The position numbers and the translations under genes are program-made. Under the pieces are notes generated by a model. The model was not told where the DNA came from, searched no databases, and worked only from the letters and a program-made list of their open reading frames with translations. DNA of 64,000 nt from Vicugna vicugna (lineage: Eukaryota), in the NCBI GenBank assembly GCA_013265495.1, contig MU058781.1:10273009-10337008 (forward strand), in the 5' to 3' direction. Within the stretch, counting starts at the first letter, position 1, and the number at the start of each line of letters is the position of its first letter. Shown here piece after piece: positions 26,601 through 40,125 of the stretch.

Positions 26601-27409
26601 TACATCATTAAAAAGAGAAAAAAAACAAAACAAAACAAAACAAAAACACTATGGTCAAGTCATGGAATTGCAGGGTAGGAAAAAAAATGGGCCCAGACTC
26701 TTGAAAATACCAACACATGACACAAAAACTAAAGTTTCTATTTAACTTGTAAGACTTCCCTGAATTATCTACCAGATCTTCCCCTCCTTCAAAAATCACT
26801 GAAAGGCCAAGCTTTGTAGCAGTTTCCACTCCTTGCTTCTTTCTTACTTTTGCTAATTATGCTTATTAAGAATATCAGAAATTATTTAAACTAAGGTCAG
26901 TTAAGCATGTCCCCATTCTCTTTGACCTGCAGTCACCAAGACTACCTCTGATGCCCATGAACTAGCTTCTCTTGATATTCAGTTGTTGTTGTTACATCAT
27001 TAGGATGTACAACAAAGACTTTAAAGAAAGAAAAATAAATAGCCATGAAACCCCAGTATAAAGTAAATAAACAAATGAAATATTTTTAAATGAAGAAAGA
27101 CTTTACAACCCCGGAGTAAATTAACTAACACAGAGAGAGTAGGAGAGGTGAGAAAAGGGCCAAATCCCTTATCTTGAAGAAAGAGGGATCAAAAATTATT
27201 TTTTAATAGATTTTAGTAGTTTAACATGGTTCTAAGAATGGTATTAAGACACTAAGCTAATCTCAAGTAGAACTAAAATAGACTGCTTCCCTTTAAGGTT
27301 TCTTCTGAAAACAAAACTGATAGAGATCCTACAGCAAAATAGAAGAAAAAGAGCAAAGAGTCAGAATTAAAACATATCAGGATGAAAAAAATTTAACCCA
27401 AACACAGCA

Positions 27410-27878
27410 CATCAGTAAGGGATTGGCAACAGAAAGATGGAAGTGGGTAACTGAGTAAACAGTGCTGTTTAAAATGTAGGGGCAGGTTTATGGACATCAG
27501 TAAGTTAAGTCAGTACCGTGGAGCCAGCAACATCAGGGACCTTTTCCACTCATTCGCCTAAAGGGCAACAGCAGGAAATGGTTAGCAGAACCCAGACAGT
27601 GGGTCTGGAAAGAACGCCTTTGGCAGGTAGGTGGTGGCATTTGGGGCAAAGACAGAGGAATCCCTGGGGCCCAGCTTGGATGAACAAGGATCATCGCTCC
27701 TTACCTCCCTCTCTTCCTTTTCTCCATCACCCGTCTGAGCCTTCCACTGATGAACTCGACAGAAAGCCTGAGGACAAGGACATCTTTGACGTGATCCATG
27801 CAGTTCAGCCTCCTAGAGCACAGAGCAGTAGAAGTGGTGGAGTCGATCTAGAGGAGCAAAAAGAAGACACCCAGATGC
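27410..27878 (-). mobile_element. ERVL solo LTR (LTR33-like)
   Basis: The reverse complement reads tttgctcctctagatcgactccacc...ctgctctgtgctctaggaggctga...ccttgtcctcaggctttctgtcgagtt, matching the recalled LTR33 5' end. Confidence 0.7.
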
Positions 27879-27949
27879 CTACAACAGTTACAGAAATAAT
27901 CGTAACTTGACATAATGGTTTTTAGAAAGAGCAGTGATCTACAATTGCG

Positions 27950-29568
27950 TGTTTCAAAAATTGCTTCACTGAGAGAAACTCACATGCCATGGAATTCACT
28001 TTTAACCTATACAATTCTGCACTTATTATTAGTACATTCAGAGTTATACAACATCAGCATATGTATAATTTTTTAACATTTTCATCACCCGCAAATGAAA
28101 CCCCATGCCTACTAGCAGTTACTCTCCTGTTTGCCCCTTCACCCAATCCCTGGCAAACACTAACCTACTTTCTTTCTCTAGGGATTTGCCTGTTCTGGAC
28201 ATGTGCTATACATGAAATCATATAATGCGTGGTCTTCTCTTTTTTTTTGTCCGACTTTATAACTTAGCATAAAGTTTACAAGGTGTGTCCACTACCTCAT
28301 TCCTTTTTATGGCTGAATAACATTCCATTGTATAAATATATCACATTTTGTTTTTCCCTTCTTCAGCTGATGAACATTTCACTGTTTCCCCTTTTTGACT
28401 ATTATGCATAATGCTGCAATGGATTTACATGTGCAAGTTTTTGTGTGGAAGTATGTTTCCAGTTCTCTTGTGTAAATATCTAGAGTGGCATTGCTGGATC
28501 ATATGGTATCTCTATGTTTAACATTTTGAGGAGCCAACAAAAAGTTTCCAAAGAGCTATACCATTTACATTCTTCTAGCAATGCACAAAGTTTCCAATTT
28601 CTCCACATCCTTGCCAATGCTTGTTATTATTTGTCTTTTTTAAACTTTTGCCATCTTAGTGAGTGTGAAGATGTACCTCATGTGGTTTTGATTTTCATTT
28701 ATGACTAAAATTGTGTATCTTTTCATGTGTGTCTTGACCATTTGTTTTTGGGAAACATCTGTGTTCAAGTCTTTTGTCCTTTTAAAAACTGGGTTAATCT
28801 TTCATTCTTGTGCTTTAAGAGTTCTTCATATATTGTGGTTACAAGTCCCTGATAAGATATGTGATTTGAAAATATTTTCTCCCATTCTATTGGGTTTTTT
28901 TTTTTCACTCTTGGATGGTGTCCTTTAAAGCAAAATTTTTAATTTAGATAAAGTCTAATTTTCCTAAATTTTTCTTTCAAATTATGTGCTTTAGATTGCC
29001 CTATCTATGTCTAATGATGTCTAATCCAAAGTCATGAAGATTTATTCCTGTATTTTCTTCTAAGAATTATACAGTTTTACCTCTTTAATTTCAGTCTATG
29101 GTCCAATTTGAGTTAATTTATGCATATAGTCTAAAATAAAAGTCTCAACTTCATTCTTTTGCATATGGATATCCAGCTGTCCCAGCACCATTTGTTGAGA
29201 AGACTTCTCCCTTAAATTGCTCTGGGGCTTTTGTAAAAATGAATTAATAATTAGTGTATAACTTTATTTCAAGACTTTCAGTTCTATTCCACTGATGGAT
29301 CGAACAATCGATCTACCTACTTACCAGCTATCATTTTATCTGTACTACACTGTCTTGATCCCTATAGCTAGAAAGTTCTGAAATCAAGAAATGTGAATCT
29401 TCCAAATTTTTTTTCAAGATAGTTTGGCTATTCTGGAGTTCCAGGCTGAAAGTATGAATTTTAGGATGTTTGTCAACTGCTTAAAAAAAAAACCAGCTGG
29501 GATTTTAGTAGGGATTATACTTAACCCATGTATCAATTTGGGGAGAATTGTCATCTTAGCAATAATAA
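27950..29568 (-). mobile_element. Old L1M, 3' part
   Basis: Antisense L1 3' UTR and ORF2 (ttctccacatccttgccaa; gatatccagctgtcccagcaccatttgttgagaagac). Confidence 0.9.
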
Positions 29569-29752
29569 GGGGTTGAAGCATTGACCTTCACCCCATGCAG
29601 TTGAAAATTCACGTATAACTTTATAGTCGGTCCTACAAATCCATGGTTCTGCATCCTTAGGTTCAACCAACCATGGACTCTGCAGTATTATGGCGCCTAT
29701 TTGTTGAAAAAAGATAGTATATAGGTGGACCAGTGCAGTTAAGGGTCAGGTG
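29569..29752. mobile_element. Tigger2-family MITE (MER8/Tigger2a-like), left TIR missing
   Basis: gcagttgaaaattcacgtataacttt...tataggtggaccagtgcagtt...aagggtcaggtg followed by TA. Confidence 0.75.
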
Positions 29753-29834
29753 TATACAAATACTGAATCATCATGTTGTACACCTGAAACTAACATAACA
29801 CTGTACATAAATTTTACCTCAACTTAAACAAAAA
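29753..29834 (+). mobile_element. L1 3' terminal fragment
   Basis: tatacaaatactgaatcatcatgttgtacacctgaaactaacataa...ttttacctcaac plus A-rich tail. Confidence 0.75.
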
Positions 29835-30365
29835 GAATAATGCCTCCCCCTTCCCAAATGATGTTCACATCCTAATCCCTGTAACCTGCAAAGAAGTTAC
29901 GATGCATGGCAATTAAGGTTGCGGATGGAACTGAGGTTGCTAATCTGTTGATTTTAAGAAGGGGAGACATTCTGGACTATTTGGGTGAGCTCAGTTGTAA
30001 TCACAAGGATCTTTAAAAGTGGAAGATGGGAGAAAGAAAAGTCAGAGTTATAGGGAGATTTGAAGACACTACACGGCTAGTTTGAAGAAATGGTTATGAG
30101 TAAAGAAGTAAAGAAGAGTAAAAGAAATTTTTTAAAAAAGGATAAAAAAGAAACGCAGGCAGACTCTAGAAACTGAAAAATGCAAAGAAACCCATGGTCC
30201 CATAGAAGCTCCAAAAGGATTACAGCACTGCTGACACCTTGACTTTTGCCCAGTGAGACCCATTTCGGACTTAAGACCTCCAGAACTCTAAGATAATGGA
30301 TCTATGTTATTTCAAGCCACTAAGTTTATCCTAATTTGTTACAGCAGCAAAAGGAAACTAATACA
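29835..30365 (+). mobile_element. MaLR solo LTR (MLT1D-like), first ~10 bp missing
   Basis: agaataatg...cacatcctaatccct...aattaaggttgcggatggaa...aagccactaagttt...tttgttacagcagcaaaaggaaactaataca. Confidence 0.88.
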
Positions 30366-32640
30366 GCTGTATTCCACGTTTTGGTATATTTTTTCATTTT
30401 CATTCATCTCAAATGTTTTCTAATTTCCCGTATGTACTATTTCTTGGTTCCACTGGTTATTTAGGGGAGCGCTTTTTAATTTCCACATGTGATATTATCA
30501 AATTTCTTTCTATTACTGATTTCTAATTTCATTTTATTGTGGTCAGAGAACATACTTCATATGATTTCAATCATTTAAAATTTATTAAGCTTTATTTTAT
30601 GGCCTAACATATGGTGTATCTTAGAGAACGGTCCATGTGCACTTGAGAAGAATGTGTATTGTGGTGTTGCTGAGTGGAGGACTCTACAGAAGTCTGTTAG
30701 GTCTAGTTGGTTTATACTTTTTTATTTCTTAGTTCAGCATCTGCCTGATTATTCTATCCATTATCAACTTGGGGTAAAGTTTTGAAATATTACAACTACT
30801 GTCATTAAATTGTGTGTCTCACTTCAGTTCTTCAGTTTTTGCTTTGTGTGTTTTGGGGCTCTGTGACAGAAAAGGTTAAGTATACAACTGTTATATCTTA
30901 ATTATTAATTCATCATTTTATCATTTGAAAACTCTATCACTAGTAACAATTTTTGTCTTAGGGTCTGTTTTTGTGATATTAGCATAATCATTTCAACTCT
31001 CTTTTGAGTACATTTTTGCATGGCATTTTTTTTTTTTATCCTTTTACTTTCAGTCAGCCTAACTGTGTGTTTGAATTTGAATTGTGTCTCACAGACAGCA
31101 TACAGTTTGGTCATTTTTTAAAAAATCCATCCTTCTTATCTATGACTTTTCATTTTAGTTCCGATCTATTTACATTTAATGTAATTACTGATAAGGCAGG
31201 ATTTATAGCTGCCATTTTCCCATTAGGTTTCCATATAACTTAGTCTTTTGTTCCTCTGTTCCTCCATTACTGCCTTCCTTTGTGCCTTCTTTCCTAGATA
31301 TATTTTATTTTATCACTTTAATTCTCCTACTGGTTCTTTTACTATATTTTAAAGGTATTTCCTAGTGGTTGCCCTGTGGATTACAGTTAACATCATAATT
31401 TAAAATAATCTAGTCCAGAATAACAGAAACTTAATTTCAATAACATACAAAAACTTTGCAACAGTGTAACACCATTCCCTTCCTGTAGCTTTGTACTATT
31501 ATTGTCACACAAATTAAATCTTTATACATTATAAGTCAATACAGCCTTATAACTGTCACTTTATGCAACTGTGTTTTAAATCAAAAAGGGCAATAAAAGT
31601 TATTTATGCATTTATATTGTCTCTTATATTTACCTATACGGTTAGTTACCTTTACCGGTGCTCTTTATTTTTTTATGTGGATTCAAGTTACTATAAAATA
31701 TCCTTCATTTCAGCTTGATGTACTCCGTTTAGTATTTCTTATAAAACAGTCTGATAGTGACACAGTCTCTCTTTTTTTGTTTGTTTGTTTTTCATCTAGC
31801 AATGTCTTAATTCCCCCTTATTTGTGATGGTATTTTCACGGAACATGGAAAATTTTAGTGTTTTCTCTCAGCACTTTGCATAGTCATCCCATTGCCTTCT
31901 GGACCTCATGGTTCCTGATAAGAAGTCACCTCTTAACCTTACTAAGGATCCTTTGTGATAAGTCATTTTTTTCACTGATTTCCAAGATTTATTTTTTGAT
32001 GAGTCTAGGTATGGATCTCATTGAGTTTATCCTGAGTGGAGTTCACTGAATTTCTTGAGTGTTAAGAATAATGCTTTTCATCATTTTGGAACTTTTCATC
32101 TTTATCTCATCAGTCTTCTGCCTCTTTCTCTCCTGAGAATCTCATTATACGTATGTTAGCATAATGGTGTTCCAGTGGTCTCTCAAGTTCTACTAATTTT
32201 TTTATCATCATTATTTTTTCTCTCTGTTCCTCTGAGTGTGTAATCTCACTTAACGTATCCCCAATTCTACTTATTATTTCCTCTAACAGTTCAAATATGC
32301 TGCTGGGCCCCTACAGCAAATTCTTTTCAAAATTTCTATTTAGTTATTTTTTATAACTCATTTTCCTTTATCAATGTTCTTTATTTTGGTGAGAATATTT
32401 TTCAAGCCTTCCTTTAAATCTCTGGAAATGTTGTCTTTCTTTTTGAACTTACAACATCTGATTTTAAGTCTCTGTCTGGTATGTCTGGGCTTCTTTAGAA
32501 CAGATGCTACTAACTGCTTCTTCTCCTAGGCAGGCTCTATACTTTCCTATTTCTTTGTGTCATCTTATAATTTTTTGTTGAATCTTGACATTTTATTTAA
32601 AATACAGTGTGGTAACTGTGGAAATCAGACACCCCTCCAT
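30366..32640 (-). mobile_element. Old L1M, internal/5' part
   Basis: Antisense L1 motifs (tgtggtcagagaacatact; ccatgtgcacttgagaagaatgtgtatt; cccattgccttctggacctcatggttcctgataagaagtca). Confidence 0.85.
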
Positions 32641-32996
32641 TAAGTTTTTAAACAATCAATTCAAATAACAAAATATAATAAAAATAAAATACTAGCAAAG
32701 ACGTATCAGTCATAACCACCCCTAAATAAAGCAGAAGTGACAATATTACTATTGACACAAGAAATTAATGTGATTCAAGAAAAATTAATAAATAGAACAT
32801 ATGGCTTAATTTTGTATTTGTGAAGTATATGCTACACCATTGGTATACTTATAAAATTTTGTGTTATAAATGATTTATTATGAATTTCACACAGTGATGG
32901 AGAGAGATGGTATTCTGTGTGTTGTTGCACACACATGTACTTCATTCATCCCTTATTTTCTTGAGATTTATGTAAAGATTTGATGTGTTTAGTTTT

Positions 32997-33089
32997 TTGT
33001 TTTTTTTTTTAATGGAGGTACTGGGGATTGAAGCCATGACCTTGTGCATGCTAAACATGTGTTCTACCACTGAGCTATTCCCACCTCCC
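32997..33089 (-). mobile_element. tRNA-derived SINE (vic-1-like), short form
   Basis: T-tail followed by aatggaggtactggggattgaa...ttgtgcatgctaa...ctaccactgagcta; tagtttt on both flanks. Confidence 0.88.
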
Positions 33090-36000
33090 TAGTTTTAATT
33101 TTTGTTTTCCAGAGTGTATTCCTTTAAAAATAACCATGACCCTTCAGTTATATTTGGGTAGATAATGAGGCCTAACTTCTGGGAAAGTAAACTTGAGGTT
33201 AAATTCTCATTTTACCCGCAGTTCAAATGATTACATTAGACTTCAGCAAAGGATATCAGGCTTTTAGATTAGTGGGAAAATATCATAGAGAAAAAGGAGT
33301 GAGTGGGGTGGCAACTTCTTGAGCCATGACAGTCTTCAAAAAATAGAAGAAGAAAGTATGTACACACATATATACATATACACACAGACTCCTCTTGACA
33401 CACATATGAAAACAAAAACACACAGATGAGGGAAAAAAACACACGATGGACTTTACAATGAGGTCGAAATTGCTGTACAAGTGAGGGTGTGCTTTTGGGG
33501 ACTGCATTTTTCTGAGAACAGATCTTACAAATTTGTATATGTGTTCACCAGAGGAAAGAAATTTTAAAACCTCCTTCTTGCATTTGCTGCCTGGGAGTGT
33601 TTAACCCGACCTCTAGGGAGGCCCTGTCTCTAAGGGAGTGAGAGTCACTTCTTGAAGTGTGGAGATTGATGGCAGCCAAGCTTGCATTAATTCAAAGCTT
33701 CTAGTTCCATGAGTGAAACTGGATCCCTGGGGACTTGGAAATTGCTGTGGGATTTTCAAATAAACAGGCTTTGGAACCACTGATACAAGCTAATTGCTAA
33801 CAGAAACTTGAGAAGCTGGCAGAAAGAAACACGCCAATGACTGGTGAAAAATATTTGATTTGAGCAAGATTTGTAACGGCAAAAAAAATAGAAAGTCTTG
33901 GAGGCTGGGATGTTCTGCTGACTAACTTATTCTGCAGTCTGGCCTGAGGCCTTATCAGTGGATTAAGCCATCCTTATGTCCAATTCTGTGCTGGGGTCTC
34001 CAGTGCTTTAGAGCAAGTATAAGAACTGATAACTTGAATTTAAAATGCTTCTTCACTAAAGAAGAAAAACATTATTCATGTTTATATTAGCATGCAGGTT
34101 CTGCTGAAAAGATTTGCCTAGGACCAGTTAAGTATAAAGCTTAGAGATTCCTAGAGTTGGACAAGATTCATAAAGAGAGTGATATTTGAGCCATGTTTGC
34201 TAAAAACTTCTTGAATTTTATAACAAAACCCAAGGGATAATTGGAATATTCACTGTTGATAATTCATCAAGGCTCAGGAGAAAAAGTTATTCCAGGTGCC
34301 CTCTGGAAGTTGGACTGAGTAATGACATTTAGTTGTGAGATGCTTGGGGCAACCTTGAAAATCAGAAGTTAAGCTGGCATGCCTCTGACTCTTAAAGTTG
34401 GACCCTCTCAGGGAGCAGGGTGCTGTTGGTGGAGAGTAGGTCAGTTGGTCAACAGATATTAGTGTATTCCTCAGATCAAATGGGGCTCTGTCCCTTCATT
34501 TGATCCTAGTGAGAAAGAGTCAACCATAATTATTTTAGGCATAGGTACCAGCTACATTTGGAAGTAAATGCAACCAAATCAGTGATATACTTGTACATTG
34601 TTAATATGGGTGGGGACGGATATGAGTGGTATGGCCGTGTTCCAAAACAGACAGAGACGAAGAAAAGTTTTGGCAAGGAAGATTACCAGAATAATTTTAA
34701 ATTGATGAGATTTTAGCAGCCATTTAACCCAGCTTGTTCTCTGTATTAAGACATAACTGAAGTCTCCAAATAGCAAGTAATCAATAGAATTAGCAGAAAA
34801 GCCAATCTGAGAACTCAGACTTACTAAAACTTAAGTCCCGAGATAATATTTCTCAGAGATGACATAGGGTCTTGACTGGATGTACCAAATGGAGAAGTAT
34901 TTGCCTACTTTTCAGTGAGGATGAGGAGCTAACCAAGAACTTAACAGAAAGTGGAAGAAGCCTGGAGAGTAGATGGTGGTATATGTGGTTATATATCATG
35001 AAACTCCAATTAAATGGTTTTATAATGTGAAATAGATTTGCTATGGAAATGGCAATGGACAGGACACGGAGCCATTCACACAGTGTTTTTAGTCATCAAC
35101 CCCTTATAGTCATTTTAACTTTTCTTATGCAGACACTACAAAATCAAATAGGAGAAAGCAGCCATTGATACTAGTAATTAAAACTGACCCATGATTACAT
35201 TGTGCATGCCCAATGCTAATAGTGACTACTTCAGCTACTGCTTCTACAAAGATAAGCAGGGGGGATGGGAACATGGACAAAATGCAGAACAAATAAAGAA
35301 TGAGGGCAAATACTGAAGCTACCATTGCATTACTAATGGAATTTTCCAGAACTGCCTTGATAGATCTGCTTCTGTATTCGTAGTTTTCAATTTCTCTCAC
35401 ATCTTCCCCATGCTTGGTTTCCTTTCCAAAAAGAATTTCTTTACTTAGATTTAAAAACTATTTGCTCAAGGCTCTCCTGAAGACCCCTAAGCCAAAAGAA
35501 TACGGATGTGTTCTTTTTGCCCTTTTAATTATGTGCCATGTAACCAATATAAATTTAGTAAACAAACCACACAATATTCGTGGATCTGATTGTTTCTGGC
35601 AGCCAGTGGCTAAAACTTCATAATGTAACATATTTGTGGCTGTCAGTACACAGAGATTATATCTACTCCAAAGAACGTAAGACGGAATAGCAAAGCAACT
35701 CTTTGAAGGTCAGGATGCATAAAATCAGAAATAGATACAAAAACTTTTGCTTCCTTTGCTTCCTGGTTTAATCTTTTGGCATTACGTTTAACTTTAAAAA
35801 AATATATCTGCAACATTTGGTATTATCCAGATTACTTGGAAAAGATGGGTCCAAAACTGACTCTCTCCTTTTAAGGTCTGCTGAATACGGTCCTATGTGG
35901 ATAGAAGAAACTGTAAAATAAAGTGTTCTCTACATGCTACATATGGAAAGACTTAATATAAATTAGTCCTAGCACTGCAAAATCAGTAGTGTATATAATG

Positions 36001-39000
36001 TTTTATGTTTTAATACTGTTATCTTGAGCATTTTAATGTGATTTACAAAAAAAAAACTGTTACTCTACAATAAATGTAGAGAACAATGGATTTGTGTAGT
36101 ATGAAATAATACATCAAAATAAAATCATGAGTGTACTTCCATTTCTCTTTATGGCATGGTATGATCTAGTTCTTGCTCACATATGGAACTCTGAGCACTG
36201 TGGCTTTACCAATGGGGACTCGAAAGAGAATTTAAGGTGATTAACGCTAATTCTACATATATATATTTTGATGAATGCAAAATCTATTTAATAAAAAGAT
36301 TTAAGATGTTCAAAGTGTCTTGTACAAACCTAAAAAAAGCTTTCTTTGAAAAATTAAATTTGTTGTTTTTTAAAAAATGACATCATCCAAGTGTGTTTTT
36401 AATCAATTATCACTTAGATAATTCAGAGGGCAACATGTATGGAAAAACAATGGCGTGATTAACTAGGCGTTGACCTTGTGTCATGGCACCGGTCCAGGGA
36501 GAGCTTATTAGTTTGAGCTAGCAGTAAATATGAAACCGAGGGCATCGTAAATCATAACAGTAGGATTAATCTGAATGTGAATCAGATACATGGGTAAAGC
36601 TGAGACATTCCCAGTTAGTCCAGAAACAGCTCCATGCAGTTAGTGGAAAAGAAAACAGTAATTTTCATACACAGGTCTATGCACAATCCTTTCCATTTTA
36701 TCTAATAATTTTCAATGGAAGAAATTGGTCCTTATACTTAAATAAGAATTTTCCTTAATTAAATAAATCAGAAACAACGGCACTTAGGATAGCTGTTGAT
36801 GCTAGGCAGGACAAAATCTTTGGGGGGGGGTCCTGTATTTTGTTTCTCAGAGAGTTTTATCTAGTCATCTGTTAAAAACTTCCAGAACCAGCACACCTTA
36901 AGGCCATTGTTTTCACACCATAAACTCACTGTGTTTAGTTTGTCCGGCTCATCATAGAAGTTTCCAATTTTGGAAGAACATTACGACCCGTTCTTCCCTG
37001 TGGCAGCCAATTAACTGGCTGGACCATATTAGACAATGACTGAAAACTGGTTGGAAGAGTTCTGAGCCCCATTTTGATTCATCCCTAATATACATAAAAA
37101 CACTTAATCAGGGTCTTAAACAGAGCCTTGAGTAATGACACTCGAAAACTTAGTTCCCAAATTAAGAAAGAGTATTCTGAAAGTTCCCTGCATTTGGGAT
37201 TGTCAGGTTGATTCACTTCTTACCTGTCATGAACATGTTCACTTTGTTTGCAAAATCTGATAATTGGTCAGAATCAGTAAGTTTGAGTTTTTATTACTTT
37301 GTTATTTCTGGACGTAAGTCTCTGGTAATGTAACTATCAGAGGAAAATGAAAAGCAGGAAAAGACCTGGAAAGTAATTATTTGGTATTATGGTAAAATAG
37401 CAACAATAAAATTGTTTCAGTAAATATGATTTCTTTTTTTTCCACTTTAAGAGAAAATTGAATAAACTCAACTGTGTATGGAAACACAGCCAATCAGTAT
37501 CCACTAACTTAGTAATGTCAGTTAATCAGAAACAAACATGTGCTTCGTATTCCTTTGGAGTTTGTACATGGGTATTCTTCCATTTATATATATTCATTTT
37601 TCAATCAGACATACTGACTATATATAAAAAATATATTTCCCTACCGTCGTCTGCTTATAAGCCAGCTGTTGTTGTTGCTTTAACAGTTGCCATTAAGACT
37701 TACTTGTTCTTCCCCAGAGGCACTGAAAATGTTCACCGTGGTGTGAGTCATACGGATGGCTCCTTCCCGTCAGAGGATGAATCAGTGTGGGATGCCTAAT
37801 TCCAGAGGGGTCTAGGGGAGGAGAAGAGATGGTCAGTGTCTATCGTCTTCTAGCTCAGTCCATTCCAGAAATACATACACAAAAACGACTCAGTCCTTTC
37901 AGTCTAGACCAGAGGCTTCTTCAAGCACTTTAATCATCTTGGATTCATGGTAGAAGCAAAGCAGGAAAGAGTGGCTGATAACATTATATTGCACATGTGA
38001 TTATTACCCTGGATGATGAAACACACTTTTGTCAACCTGTGTAAGAGTTAAATTAACTTAGTAAATTAAAGGTAGTTAAAAGAGAAGAAAAAAATCTATT
38101 TTTATGATTAGAGAAAATACAAAATTATACAGGGTAGGTGACATTTTTATGTCATTCAATTTTGTTAGACTATAGCAAGCCAATTAGAGAAAATTAAATT
38201 TCAAGCCTGATTGATTGTTTTAAATATTCATTTTAAGCCCTGCATTTGGTGTTTGTTATATTCTATAGGAAATATCAAAGAACGTCCGCTGCATCAGGAA
38301 TTAAATGAAACCTATACTGTCAATAGCCTAGCCGGGGCTTTTGATAAAGTATTATGACATTTCCATATTACGCAGCACCATAAAATGCTAAACATACACT
38401 GAACACAGGACTATAAGTTTCAAAAGGCACATACTGGAAGCTGGAGTGTTTGGCATTTATAGCTGGCTAGCATGGGAAGATAATGAGGAGTTTGATACCT
38501 TGGAAATCATAACTCTGAAATATATAACAATAGTTTCCCATCAAGATGGATCGTATATCAAGCAATATTGGAGGATAATTCAAGTCCGCAATGCAGTCTG
38601 CTTTTCATTTCAAGTGGAGGGTGATGTAAGCCATAATTTATCCAGGTAGTACGCATGTGGGAAATAATGACAAATTTAAGAGCAACTTATGACAAAGAAA
38701 TCCACTTAGGAAAAAGATGAAAGATTTGATGTCCTCTTGGCTCTCAACTTTTTTCCCACTACTATTTTTACCCTTCTCCATGGCTGGAAAATCTTTTGTG
38801 TTAATATGGATTCATGATGAAATATAAGTATTTCTTTAAAAATATAAAGGGACATATACAACTACCAGGTAGTGTTACCCGCACTGGTGATTGAGATAAA
38901 GTGGGATAAATCATTTTCATGATAGCTTATTGTAAGGATCTACTTCTCCAGGAAAATCTAAATAATTGTCTGCCAAAAATCACTTCCCATGTTAAGATGT

Positions 39001-39503
39001 GCAGTGACTCTTATACACTAATTATTTCTTTATCCCAAAAACTCCTTTATATAGAAATGGAGTTGGGGTGGCCTAGGACCAGCACTTCTGGACTTTGAAA
39101 AGAGCTAAATGATATTTTGCTTTAGTTTTTCATTTCAGTATTTAATGAAACATTGAGAGAGTGGGAAGGTAGAAGGAGTTGTTAGTGAGAATAATCCGTT
39201 GTGATCTGACAAGATAGTGGGATCTCCCTGGCCTTTCCCCATCAGCTACATAGGCTTGGCCAGTTGCCACTTGGGCTCTCCATGTGCCACTAGATGAAAA
39301 TATATCTCATTTCAGAGAGGGTTAGAGTTTGGCATGGTGGACCGGAGTTTTACCTCCCTCTCTGCCCTTACTTCCTTTTTTTAAAATAATATGAAGCTAT
39401 CTCGCCACTCTAAAATCTAAAGACACTATATGAACAATGGAGCCATTTTTCTTCTTTTTTTTTCTATTTAGACTAAACCTTACATCTTCATCTCCCTGAA
39501 AAC

Positions 39504-39523
39504 CAATCAATCAATCAATCAAT
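39504..39523. repeat. (CAAT)5 microsatellite
   Basis: Read directly. Confidence 0.85.
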
Positions 39524-40017
39524 TTGAACCAGTGGTCAGGAGATAGGTCTTTTCATATCTGATGACAGTGAAATTGTTTTTAACACTTTAACTTTCTTGT
39601 GCCTCAGTTTTCTGCTTCATTTGTGCTTACAAACATGGTGATAATGGTAGCAAAACACATCCTTGACTTTCAATTATCAACGCTAACATGAGAAAAAATA
39701 AAAATGAGGTTAATATAAATTATCAATCATTTTATTTTGGTGTTAAAATTAATTTCAATTTCGCAAATTTGTATTTTCTTTAATTATGGGAGGAAGGCAT
39801 TGTTTCAATTGATTTGGATTCTTTGATTACTCTCAGAGTAACACAGAAGGTAACAGATAAATTCCAGCACAAACTCAAGTAAAATATTATTTAAGGATAT
39901 AGCACCATCTCCCAGTGTTCTTTTCAGATTTTTAAACTTAATTCCTCTTATTTTTACTTAGGAATTGGTTTCTAAAGAGATTTAAAAAAAAGTTGTTAAG
40001 ATGGTTGACATTTTGAA

Positions 40018-40125
40018 TTTTTTTTTTTTTTACTGAGGTACAGTTAGTTTACAATGCTGTGTCAATTTCTGGTGTACAGCACAATGCTTCATACATGAAT
40101 ATACATATATTCATTTTCATATTCT
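40018..40125 (-). mobile_element. Severely 5'-truncated L1 (~100 bp tail)
   Basis: poly-T followed by actgaggtacagttagtttacaatgctgtgtcaatttctggtgtacagcaca; tttgaat on both flanks. Confidence 0.85.

Noticed and set aside
38269..38348. Possible coding exon (NIKERPLHQELNETYTVNSLAGAFDK)
   Set aside because: Weak donor (AAA|GTATTA), stop codon just downstream, and no recognised homology.
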